Below the pieces are notes generated by a model that saw nothing but the letters and a program-made list of their open reading frames with translations, made no database searches and was not told the origin of the DNA. The translations under genes and the position numbers were made by a program. This document shows positions 1 through 12,900 of a DNA stretch of 33,829 nt, piece by piece (within the stretch, counting starts at the first letter, position 1; each line of letters begins with the position of its first letter). Source of the stretch: Macrostomum lignano (Eukaryota). The stretch covers positions 1-33,829 of the forward strand of contig NIVC01004834.1 of NCBI GenBank assembly GCA_002269645.1. Reading direction: 5' to 3'.

Positions 1-258
1 TACATGTACATGGATCTTTGCACTATAAAAATGTGTAGAGCTAAATTGTTATCACAAATTTGATGGCAAATAATTGCTGATGAAGTTTATGCATGTACCA
101 ATAGGCAATCAAGCTAATAGGTTTATAAAAACAGATTACGTTAAGGGGTTAGAACAAAAATATTAATAAATTCCAGTATCAATAGTTGTCTTGAAATATC
201 ACTTCAGACTGTGGTTTCTGCCACTATTCATTAACTTTCTGCGTTGGCTCCAGCAGAC

Positions 259-281
259 TTAGGAGGTGATTTTGATGTCGT
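259..281 (-). CDS. GPCR exon 18 (putative terminal micro-exon, DDIKITS*)
   Basis: Acceptor ttcattatttcag|AC is phase 1 and matches the donor ATG G|gtaggt at 1418; TAA at 259-261. The exon is short, so weakly supported. Confidence 0.45.
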
Positions 282-3200
282 CTGAAATAATGAAGTAATG
301 CCTCAACTTCAAGATACACATAATAAACGAAATGAGACACCTGCTTCAGAATTTGGACACATTCAGGCTCGATAGACGAACTAATCTTTTAAGCCTGTGA
401 GGCACCTTTGGATTCAGCCTTAAGACACCCTCCACCTCAGCCTTAAGACACCCTCCACCTCAGCCTTGAGACACCCTCCACCTTAGCCTTGAGACACCCT
501 CCACCTCAGCCTTGAGACACCCTCCACCTCAGCCTTAAGACACCCTCCACCTCAGCCTTGAGACACCCTCCACCTCAGCCTTAAGACACCCTCCACCTCA
601 GCCTTGAGACACCCTCCACCTTAGCCTTGAGACACCCTCCACCTCAGCCTTGAGACACCCTCCACCTCAGCCTTGAGACACCTCCACCTCAGCCTTAAGA
701 CACCCTCCACCTCAGCCTTAAGACACCCTCCACCTCAGCCTTAAGACACCCTCCACCTCAGCCTTGAGACACCCTCCACCTTAGCCTTGAGACACCCTCA
801 ACCTCAGTCTGGAGACACCCTCCACCTCAGCCTTGAGACACCCTCCACCTTAGCCTTGAGACACCCTCCACCTCAGCCTTAAGACACCCTCCACCTCAGC
901 CTTGAGACACCCTCCACCTTAGCCTTGAGACACCCTCCACCTTAGCCTTGAGACACCCTCCACCTCAGTCTGGAGACACCCTCCACCTCAGCCTTGAGAC
1001 ACCCTCCACCTCAGCCTTGAGACACCCTCCACCTCAGCCTTGAGACACCCTCCACCTCAGTCTGGAGACACCCTCCACCTCAGCCTTGAGACACCTCCAC
1101 CTCAGCCTTGAGACACCCTCCACCTCAGCCTTGAGACGCCCTCCACCTCAGCCTTGAGACACCCTCCACCTCAGCCTTGAGACACCCTCCACCTCAACCT
1201 TGAGACACCCTCCACCTCAGTCTGGAGACACCCTCCACCTCAGCCTTGAGACACCCTCCACCTCAGCCTTGAGACACCCTCCACCTCAGCCTTGAGACAC
1301 CCTCCACCTCAGCCTTGAGACGCCTCTTCTTTAGCCATCGAGCACCCTCGGCCCTTCGTCTTATCAAGAGACACGACCCATCACCCAGATACCAAGCAGA
1401 ACACCCGCCGCAACCTACCCATGCTGATGCTCTTAGTCGGATATCCGCCAGACGCGATGTTCTGATCCTCAGCAGATGAAGATTTCTCCCTGCTCACCCG
1501 GCAGACTTGCACCACTTTGCGCACATACAGACACAGCAGCACTGCCCCGGCGGCTACCAGGTTAGCAACGAAGATGGCCGGATCGCGCCACTTATAGCCG
1601 GTGAGGGTGGACACGCAGCCCCAGCACAGCTGAGCCCCTGCGCAGAACAGCAGGCCGAGGGCCACCTGACGCGAGTCGGTCAAATCGGCGTCCCAGCTGA
1701 GCAGCGAGTACACCACGGCAGCCACCAGCAGGCCGGCCGGGTACAGGCAGCTGAGCGCCAGGCCTTCGTCGTAGAAACTCGACGGGCTGCAACGGCTCCA
1801 GGCGACGCCTTCGTAGGCGACCAGCTCGACGCTGTCCGGCCGCTGCAGGATCAGCCACTCGGTGCCGAGCATGGCCGACACCAGGCAGATGCAGATGGAC
1901 AGTCCCAGCAGGCTGACCGGGTGGCTCAGGCCGGTGAAGGATGGACCTTCGCCTGGGGAGCCGGCCGCCCTGTAGATGGTCCAGTTCACCACGCTGCGCA
2001 CCAGCAGGCTGGCGTAGACGATGCAGTAGACCAGGGAGAGGCCGAACCGCCGGATGGTGCACACCACCGGGGTGGCGTGGGCGATGAACGCGATGTTGAT
2101 GGCGAAGATGAGCAGGATGCCGACTAGGCACGCGAAGCCGAGATAGTTGGTGCCGGCCGTGCCCTGCACTTTGCGGGGAAACGCGTAGGCCAAGAAGCCG
2201 ATGGCGACCAGGGTCACAAGGGCGCCAAGGGTGGTCAGCGCCAGCAGCACGGCGCCCCACGGGGTTCGAGCCCGGTCCCACACGTCCGGCTTGGGCAGCA
2301 GGGCCAGTGGGTCGCCTGAGTCGCCCGGACAGCCGCAGTCAACGCCGGTCGGACAGGCGGACGACGGAGTGGCAGCCAGCTGGCTGCCATCGGGACCGTA
2401 GGTGGCCAGGCTGAAGAGTGCGATGAGGGCGCCGATATGTAGTGATGCTGATAGTGTGTCTCAATAGGCTGATAATGTGTCTCAATAGGCTGATAGTGTG
2501 TCTTAATATGCTGATAGTGTGTCTCAATAGGCTGATAATGTGTCTCAATATGCTGATAGTGTGTCTCAATAGGCTGATAATGTGTCTCAATAGGCTGATA
2601 GTGTGTCTTAATATGCTGATAGTGTGTCTCAATATGCTGATAGTGTGTCTCAATATGCTGATAATGTGTCTCAATATGCTGATAGTGTGTCTCAATATGC
2701 TGATAGTGTGTCTCAATATGCTGATAATGTGTCTCAATATGCTGATAGTGTGTCTCAATATGCTGATAATGTGTCTCAATATGCTGATAGTGTGTCTCAA
2801 TATGCTGATAATGTATAATGGCAGGGGGTGTTTGCTGGGGACGGGAAATTCCGATTCGAGTTAAACCAGTTAGCCAATCAGAGTCTAGATAAAGGGAGTG
2901 AGGTGGGTGAATGTACAGGGTAGGGAGGGGCATAATGTGGAAGTGACGGAATTCTAAAAATAGAATCGTACTCACCTCTGGCCAGCTTGAGGCACGTATC
3001 TATTGCGCCAATAGCCAATTTTATTATAGACATATCCGGAGCCCGACCGGACAAAATTGAGCACATCGTAGCCCCGATCTCCGTAGCCATCTGTAGTGAA
3101 CCGGAACAGCAGGCTGTCGTTGCCTAGCCGGCCCTGCAGCACCCGCCACTGCGCGTTGCTAATATAGCGGTAGATAGTTGCCAGGCGAGTGGCCGCCGGC

Positions 3201-3853
3201 ATCCGGTACAGGCACACATCCGTTGCCGTGGTGCCGCATTCGGCCCGCTGGAAATCGGCGACACCTTTGGCGGCGATGAATGCGGACAGGATGGTGGAGT
3301 AGGTGCCGCCGTTCTGGGTCAGCGCGCCCGCTGGCAGGCTGCCGCTCGGGTCGCAGACGGTGGCGTACTGAGTCTGGATCACCGAGCTGCCCGTGAGACG
3401 GCACTTCAGCGTGTGCTGCCAGAATTCCTGTGGTGAGCGAGAGAGTTCAGTGTGGGCGTTAGGGTTAGGATTCTCCAAGATTGACAGAGCTCATTAATAT
3501 ATACTCATGGCGATTGAGGAGAAAAAATTGCCATTTAATACTAGTTGGGATTTTGGCTCTCAATGAGCTCTGCCTCTCCCCTATCAGCCTCTCTTTTTCC
3601 TCCCTCCCTCTCCCTCTCTCCCTCTCCCCTATCTACTTCTCTCTTTCTCTCTCCCCTCTCTCTCTCCCGTCAGCCAATTAGAATCAAGATTGATGGAGTG
3701 AGGTGGGTGAATGTACAGGGCAGGGAGGAGCATGGCAGGGAGAGGCATAGCCCCTCTCTTCCTCTCTCCCTCTCTCCTCTCTTCCTCTCTCCTTCTCTCT
3801 CATCATTTTCTTCTGTATAACCCTACACCTATCCCCTGTAAGTTCTCACTTCT

Positions 3854-3944
<91 letters not shown>

Positions 3945-6900
3945 TCTGGTAGAGACCCCACACGCTTGAAACCGGATGCCTTTAAAAAATTCAATCAACT
4001 TTGACACATCGTGACCTCCTCCCTCACCTCCAGCCAGTCCACCGGGATGCCCTTCCGTCTGGCCGGCGCCAGTCCGATCTCGGCCACCCAGCGGTCCAGA
4101 TCGGGTACAGTGAAGTAGGTCTGGCGCAGGGTCACGGCTCCCAGTGCCGCCGACTCCAGTCCCTGCACCACGGACATCTTGTCCGCCCAGCTGTCCAAGC
4201 CGAGCAGCACAAATCGGCCCTGCAGGCCGAGTTCGCGCACCGCGGTCAGCAGGGTGCGCAGGTCCTGCTCGGGCAGGTAGGCGATCAGCGCGTTGACGTA
4301 CGCCATCCGGCTTGCCGACTGCAGCGCCGCTTTGGCCTCGGCCAGGCTGATCGCCGATCCGGCAGCGCCGGCGCCGATGTACTTCATGCAGACCGACTGG
4401 CTGCCGTTGCGACGGGCGATCGCCGCTTCGAAGGCCGCCTTGCCGGCCAAGCCGAACGGGGTGGTATCGTGGATGAGGGACACCACCGACCAGTTGTAGC
4501 TGCTGGCCACGTCTAGGAGGGCGTCGATCTGGCGGTTGGCATTGGGGATGTGGGTGAGCAAGTGGTTGAATGTGGGTGAGCAGGTGGTTGGATGTGGGTG
4601 AGCAGGTTGTTGGATGTGAGTGAGCTGGTTGTTAATGTGGGTAAGCAGGTGGTTGGATGTGGGTGAGCAGGTGGTAGATTTTGAGACAGAGGTTAATGAA
4701 AGTGCTTATGTAGACTACTTTATCGCTAATCTCGACTACTTCTAGTATAAGAATACGAATATTATGACCCGAAAAAATCGCTCCTTACCTGCACACTATC
4801 CGGCGGCACCACCCGCAGGAATCTCGGGTAAAATGCTCGACTGCTCAATGAAATCGCGGTGGCATCCGGCGACACCACGGTGGAGTCTGGCACGACGGTT
4901 GCCAGTCTGGCGCTGACCGCCGAACCGTCGGTGAGGTAAGCGACGGCGGTCAGCGGGCCGACAAGGTCGGTGAAGCCGGCGTAGCCGCAGATGCCGGTGC
5001 CGGACGTGTAGGAGAAGGCGAAGGTGGCCGCCCGAGCCTCCGACTGGCAGACATCGATGCTGAGGCCGCCGAATTTGAAGCCGGAGACGTCGGGGTCGCT
5101 GTTGTTGTTGATGAGGTCGATGGCGTAGTGGAAGGCCAGGAGGTTGTTGAAGCCGGACTGCAGGTTCATGAGGCCGCACAGGGATGCGGACCGGCTGCCG
5201 TGGACTGACAGGAACTGCACGAGGTTCAGGTCCATGCTGCTGGAGTTCACCTGCATGTACACGGAGCTGGCGGCGGGGTGAGGGTTGGTCTGAATAAGAT
5301 GGGCGTGATTCAGATAGCGGTAGATATCCAGATTGACATCTGATGGCATAAGGTGTCTGCCGGTTTTTCAAGATGTCAGTTTGGCGGTGTATGATATCAG
5401 TGGGGGTGTATGATGTCAGTGGGGGTGTATGATGTCAGTGGGTGGTGTATGATGTCAGTGGGTGGTGTAAGATGTCAGTGGGTGGTGTATGATATCAGTG
5501 GGTGGTGTATGATGTCAGTGGGGGTGTATGATGTCAGTGGGTGGTGTATGATGTCAGTGGGTGGTGTATGATGTCAGTTGGTGATGTAGGATGTCAGTGG
5601 GTGGTGTATGATGTCAGTGGGTGGTGTATGATGTCAGTGGGGGTGTATGATGTCAGTTGGTGATGTAGGATGTCAGTGGGTGGTGTATGATGTCAGTGGG
5701 TGGTGTATGATGTCAGTGGGGGTGTATGATGTCAGTGGGTGGTGTATGATGTCAGTGGGTGGTGTATGATATCAGTGGGGGGTGTATGATGTCAGTTGGT
5801 GATGTAGGATGTCAGTGGGTGGTGTATGATGTCAGTGGGTGGTGTATGATGTCAGTGGGGGTGTATGATGTCAGTGGGTGGTGTATGATGTCAGTGGGTG
5901 GTGTATGATGTCAGTTGGTGATGTAGGATGTCAGTGGGTGGTGTATGATGTCAGTGGGTGGTGTATGATGTCAGTGGGGGTGTATGATGTCAGTGGGGGT
6001 GTATGATGTCAGTGGGGGTGTATGATGTCAGTGGGGGTGTATGATGTCAGTGGGGGTGTATGATGTCAGTGGGTGGTGTATGATGTCAGTGGGTGGTGTA
6101 TGATGTCAGTGGGTGGTGTATGATATCAGTGGGTGGTGTATGATGTCAGTGGGGGTGTATGATGTCAGTGGGTGGTGTATGATGTCAGTGGGTGGTGTAT
6201 GATGTCAGTTGGTGATGTAGGATGTCAGTGGGTGGTGTATGATGTCAGTGGGTGGTGTATGATGTCAGTGGGGGTGTATGATGTCAGTTGGTGATGTAGG
6301 ATGTCAGTGGGTGGTGTATGATGTCAGTGGGTGGTGTATGATGTCAGTGGGTGGTGTATGATGTCAGTGGGTGGTGTATGATGTCAGTGGGTGGTGTATG
6401 ATATCAGTGGGGGGTGTATGATGTCAGTTGGTGATGTAGGATGTCAGTGGGTGGTGTATGATGTCAGTGGGTGGTGTATGATGTCAGTGGGGGTGTATGA
6501 TGTCAGTGGGTGGTGTATGATGTCAGTGGGTGGTGTATGATGTCAGTTGGTGATGTAGGATGTCAGTGGGTGGTGTATGATGTCAGTGGGTGGTGTATGA
6601 TGTCAGTGGGGGTGTATGATGTCAGTGGGGGTGTATGATGTCAGTGGGGGTGTATGATGTCAGTGGGGGTGTATGATGTCAGTGGGGGTGTATGATGTCA
6701 GTGGGTGGTGTATGATGTCAGTGGGGGTGTATGATGTCAGTGGGGGTGTATGATGTCATTAGGAGTTGTATGATGTCAGAGAGTGATGTAGGATGTCAGT
6801 GGGTGTTGTAGGATGACAATGAGTCGTGTATGCTATCAGTGGTGATGTAGGATGTCAGTGGGTGGTTTATGATGTCAGTGGGTGGTGTATGATGTCAGTG

Positions 6901-9900
6901 GGTGGTGTATGATGTCAGTGGGTGGTGTATGATGTCAGTGGGTGGTCTATCCACATTCTAATAAATTCCCCATAGCAACCAATTAGACGGGAGCACTCAC
7001 AGGTTGCGCCCCAGATTCGGGCAGACGGTGTCGCAGGAGCCGGCCAGGCTGCAGTTGCTGGTCCAGGCCAGGCTGAAGTCGCTGCGCAGTTTTAGCAGTG
7101 CCGTATCGTTGTAGGCGCCGACGCTGGAATAGAAGAAGTTGGTCGTTGAGCCCGATGATGTGGTGCGCAGCTCGTAGATGTGGTAGCCCCGGTTGCTGTC
7201 GCCGGCCGCGTTGACGGAGAAGTTCAAATTGGTGGCGTCGACGAACACGGCCGACCGGATGCCGCTCTGCACCCACTGGCGCTTCTCGCCGGAGCCGTAG
7301 AAGTCGCTGCAGATGCCGTTGTAGTCCGGACCGCAGATGCGCAGCAGAGCCGTGTGGATGCCCAGCGCGGTGGAGTAGACAGCGTTCACAACATAGAGGG
7401 CCAGTGAGTCCTGCAGGTGTCCACGGCGGGGCGGGGATTCTTTTATTTCTTTTATTCGCAATTCCTTTCAATCAAAAAAGTTTACAGCTCTTTCAAAATG
7501 GCATCAGTTTCTTTCAATTTGTTTTCGGTAAATAAAAAATTTGAAAATGAGCCGACAATTGGATGTTGTCGACATCATACACAGTTTAACGTGTTAAAGA
7601 TCAGACACAGAACTCCAAATTCTCCTAAGCTTTTGAAGACAAGATCATAAACTGTATGTTTTAAAAACTTTCTCTAGGACTGCCGTCTAGATTAATGAGC
7701 TGCAGTTCCAAGAAATCTGTTAATTCAATCGCTCTTTAGACTTTGAGGGAGGAGGAAGATGACGTGATGGGAGGGCTGTCACTGACTATTAAACTTCAAC
7801 TCACCTTGTGCCCTGCTTAACGCGCCAAACGTGCATCTCACTTATGCATACATCATGTACTTTCTACCCAAACTTTTACCAATCGCTCAAATATCGTTTT
7901 ATACCATTTAGTATTTAAATACTTGTACGAGTATCTCTCTAAAACAAGTCTAAACGGTGTCGCGTCACCTTTTTCGAACAAACGTTCAATTGCAGATCCA
8001 GGAGAGGGTCACAAAAAGGTCAGCTGACCCCCTTGCCGGGAAAAATCCTAGATCAGCCCCTACAAACTTTGAAAGATTAATCGAATGAAACTTTGGGTTA
8101 GATATCAATATATGACACTAGAATGACAGAATGGGTCGTTGTGTTGAGCAGGGCTGAACACCTGCATGAAAGAGGCCCTAGTTACAAGATTTTTACAGCA
8201 TCTCATGTGCTCTTATGAAGCTGCCTTGGTTCTAGCGCTCACCTGTGAATAGTTTGCAGAATCCGTGAGCGACATTGTAGACGAGCTGCATCTTTTACTG
8301 TAGTAGGGCGAACTGCTGGACAGGGTGCACTGAAACAGGTGCTCATAGTACTCATTGAACCAGGGATTCACCGAAGCGTAACTTGTTGGATTCTTTGACA
8401 GCAGGTAGCTTCGCTCGAAGTCAGTGAGGTCGGCGGTCTCGAAGCCGAACGTGATGGCTCGAGGATAGCGGCCGTTGGTGATTTTGCTCAGCACAGTCTT
8501 GCTGTTGCCCCAGTAGGTCGTGCCTGGTTTGCGAGTGAGGTGGGGTTGGTAATGTTGGAGAGCTGGTGTAAGCTGGAGACTGAGATGAGCGACTGGGAGA
8601 TGCTGCAGGCAATGTTTTTTTCTAGTGTATCTCCTTTGCAGACCAACACTAATCCTGTTGCTTCCGGCACTACTAACTTCTTCCAGTACTATCGGTGCTT
8701 CCTGTACTACCAGGTGCTTCCGGCACTACTAACTTCTTCCAGTACTATCGGTGCTTCCTGTACTACCAGGTGCTTCCGGCACTACTAACTTCTTCCAGTA
8801 CTATCGGTGCTTCCTGTACTACCAGGTGCTTCCGGCACTACTAACTTCTTCCAGTACTATCGGTGCTTCCGCTAACTACAGTTATTCCCTGTACTTGCAA
8901 GTTTTACAACCACTTATTTTCGGCTAGTTTTACTTGCTTGAACTACTTGTAATAATGTTCTACTGTCTGTCTGACTGTCTCAATTCTTCTCACCCTGGCC
9001 TCAACTAGGCAAGCACCTGAATGACCTTGTTGTCAACGAATTTCGCTTACCAATAAACAGGAACCGATCGTATGTAAGATTATTTCGCGACACGGCGCCG
9101 AGAAGTTCAGCGAGGTCGTTAGACTGCAGGAAGGTGACAATCACAGTTGACTGGGGCCTCTTCAGCAGCTCGGAGGCCACTTGATCGGCGTTAACAGCGG
9201 TAAGACCGGTGCGGTTCACCTGTGAGAGTCAATGGCAGGGCCCAGTTGAAACTGGTATTTAGATTTAATTGGCTTTTTCCTTGCTTGTACAGTTCTGAGA
9301 TTTAAACATTTAGTATATGGACTAGCATTCAATGACCCCCCTGTGGGGGCACCTTTTAAGCTCCCCGAGCTACATATGCACGTACAGTATACATGTACGA
9401 GACACCCCGTGTCATCTTGATCCCATCTCTGTTTGAGCAGAAAATCTACCTGTAGAGTGTGACTGATGCAGATGCCTTCGTTAGCGATGGCTCGCTGAAC
9501 AGACTGCAATCCGCTAGATCCGTAGGCGCCGGGAGACAGCACGAATTGTACATTGGTGAGGCCGTAGCGCTTCAGGAAATCCACAATAGCGTAGGCCACC
9601 TTGTCGTCGCTGGGCACCGTGCGCGAGAAATACGGATAGAGCTGCTTGTTGCTAAGGGAGCTCATGGTGGCCGCGTAGGAGATCACGGGCACCTGCACCA
9701 CGTTGGTTACCTGTAAAGGTGGGCAGGGGCGAGTTGAGTTGGTAAAGAAACCACGTCGTAAAACTTTTGTACCAACGTAGCCGGATGACCTATGCTCGAT
9801 TCCTGGAGACTACTCATATGAGTGATTCCTGTGGCTGGCCTGTGAGAGCATCGAGTCTCGAAATAAAATTGAAGGATTCACTTGATTACCTAATATACCG

Positions 9901-12900
9901 GTACATATGAACACCGTTAAGGAGTCCCTAGTTCCTAGAAGCATAAAGTAGCTAGTGAATTTAGTATATGGACAAGTAATCTACGACCCCCCTGGGAGGC
10001 AATTAACAAAAGTCCAAAAATTGCTTAACTCGATACTCATACTTTCGGGCAATAGCCCGAAAAATCACACCCATACTACTCCAGGTACTTAGCATTTATC
10101 AGCTAAACACCAATGGGCTGTCGGTTTAACAATTCCCCTATCACCGCCAAGCGTGGGATGAACAGGTAATTAACTAAGTAAAAACCCACCCTAGACAGTT
10201 GATCTGCCATCTCGGATGTGGAGGCAGCCACGTAAGCCATGACATTTTCTGGGTCAATTCGGTTCAAGCTGGAGTCCCTGAGCACGATGGAGCCCGAGTG
10301 CAGATTGGCCACCAGGCTGTCCGTGCGCACAGCTGACGAGCAGGTGTCCATGACAATGCCGCCAACCTTAACGCCGCGAAGTTTTCCAGAGAATATCGGA
10401 CTGGTTTGGATGGATTCAATGGCGTATTTGAACACCTCCGTCAGGAGGAAGCCGTTCTGGCCGTTGACTCTGCCGCAGCTGAACGGCACAGAGCCGGAAT
10501 AGTGCACATCGAAGAGGCCTGCGGGTGAGGAGTGAAAGTATATCTTCTCTCTAACTTTATTTTTTCTTCATCCTCTCTCAAATAAGTCCTTTTTGTTCAT
10601 CGATTTCTTAGCCTACTGGGCGCCCACCTCACTCCGTTTCTATTTATTTTGCCCCCATTGGCTGTCAGCAGCTTTCCTGCCCCACTGGGCACCCACCTCA
10701 CTCCATTTCTATTCACTTCACCCCATTGGCTGTCAGCGGGTTTCCTACGCCACTGGGCGCCCACCTCACTACATTTCTATCACCTCGCACATTCATTATT
10801 ACGAGTAGAATTTAGACAAATGCTTTCGCTAGCTAAATTTCTCACCACCAATCAGCAGCTGGCCGGGCACATAGAGAAACTTCTCCGTCCTATCCAGCGA
10901 TTTCGGACAGTTGGTGCAATCGGCACAGGCGGCTGGCACTGAGCTGTACACGGAGCTGCGGCTGGGGAACGCGGGCAGATCGCTGAGCACGCTGAACATG
11001 TACCTGCCTACTGGAAGGTAGTCCGGGCCCACCCGGTTTAGCGCCAGCCAGCCCATGTTGCCATCGCGATTGGAACGGAATTCAAAACTGCTGCCGCCGA
11101 GAGCTAGGAATTTGACAGCAGACAGCCTGTCTGCCAGCTGTCCGTTCAGTCCGGGGTTCAACCAGAAGTTCGGGCAGACGGCTAGGTGGGTTGCAGTGCG
11201 AGTGCAAGTGTAGCCAATTCATCGTAATTGTTGCTTTGCGCTGATCATTTTGAAACTTCGGAATTCAAACACCCCACCTCCCTGACTGATTCTCCATTTA
11301 AACACCCACCTCCCTGACTGATTCTCCATTTAAACAGTCCCACCTCACTGACTGATTCTCCATTTAAACAGTCCCACCTCACTGACTGATTCTCCATTTA
11401 AACAGTCCCACCTCACTGACTGATTCTCCATTTAAACAGTCCCACCTCACTGACTGATTCTCCATTTAAACAGTCCCACCTCACTGACTGATTCTCCATT
11501 TAAACAGTCCCACCTCACTGACTGATTCTCCATTTAAACAGTCCCACCTCACTGACTGATTCTCCATTTAAACAGTCCCACCTCACTGACTGATTCTCCA
11601 TTTAAACACCACCACCTCACTGACTGATTCTCCATTTAAACACCACCACCTCACTGACTGATTCTCCATTTAAACACCCCACCTCACTGAATGATTCTCC
11701 ATTTAAACACCTGCTACCGGCTCAAACAGTCGTCACAATCGGCCCGTATTCCGTGACTCACAGGTGTAGGAGCTGTTGCAACCAGCGACCAGCATATCCG
11801 CATAAGCTTTGGCAATGCTGAACAGCGCATTGGTGGTTGTCATCATGAACAATCCCGGATAGAACTGCGGCGAGGCAGCCATTGGCCAGCTGTTGTTGCA
11901 GCGGGAGCTGTAAGCCAAACTGCCCGTGGTGCTGCAGTTGAACAGAGCCTCGTAGTAGGGCACCAGCCACGGGTTGTCGATGCTGCTGTCAGCCGACAGG
12001 CCGCTCAGGTGGGCCGTCACTCCGGCAACGTCGGGCGAGTTCACCTGCATCACCCAGCTGTTGTTGGCGCCCGGCCCCAGGCCGCTCAGGGCGCTGTCGC
12101 GCGTCATTTCGCCCCAGTAGTTGCTGGCGATGAACACGAGGCCGTTGTTGTCGGCGGTCAGCTGGACGAGGTCGGCCGATTTGTCCGACAGCACCACCAC
12201 TACTCGGGTCTTGGAGATGTCGACTGTGAAATGAAGCCGGTTGAAATTGAGATTTGAAGTATCGAAATACTAAGAAAAATGTCTGTGTACTGGGGCGCTG
12301 CTATTGTAACATGCAACTCGCTGACAACTCTCACTCTGTCTTCCAACTGCAGCTCAGGGCTGCTGCCAACTAACCGCGACCGACTCTGCTTAACTCTGCT
12401 TCACTCACTCGGCTGGGTACCCTTTTGAAACCATTACTATGCTCGTTAATCGGCGCACTTTAATGCACTTTATTCACATTAACGTGATTCACAAGTCTTA
12501 AATAGAAAATTGATTTTGAGCCAAAAGCTGAGATTTTCACCAACTTGCTTCTCACGCATCAGTCAGTTTATACAAAATTTGAAATTAAATCCTCTGCAGT
12601 ATAACTCACGGATAATGTTCGACAGGATGGAGGCCACCGAACCGTCTGTGCCGACCTCAAGGCAGCGTGGCACGCAGATTCCCTCCCGCAGAGCCTGCAC
12701 TCGGAACTCAGTAGCCAGCCGGTTTCCATAATCATTGTTAGAGTACACCAGCTGGACGCACTTCCAGTTGAACTTGTTGATGACGGCGATGATGGCAGAC
12801 ACCTGCGACAGGCTGGCTGGTACGGTGCGGAAGACGCCCAGGGCCGTCAGGCCGTCGGAGCTGGCCGACGGGCTGACCAGCGGAACGCCGCCGAGGTCAC

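Noticed and set aside
1507-2127. Plus-strand ORFs opposite coding exons (e.g. 1507-2127, 4001-4516, 13739-14224, 31283-31702)
   Set aside because: They are antisense shadows of GC-rich codon usage with no recognisable domain.
2235-2975. Repeat-protein ORFs (HYQHIET, MLIVCLN, SQYAD; likewise 26243-27217, 29613-30074, 32874-33514, 14049-15341, 3711-4004)
   Set aside because: These are translations of intronic mini- and microsatellites open by chance in several frames; they lie inside introns defined by the flanking exons.
7991-8061. MITE with GCAGATCCAGG...CCTAGATCAGC termini
   Set aside because: Only a 9/11 inverted match, with no target-site duplication and a single copy; too weak without a genome search.
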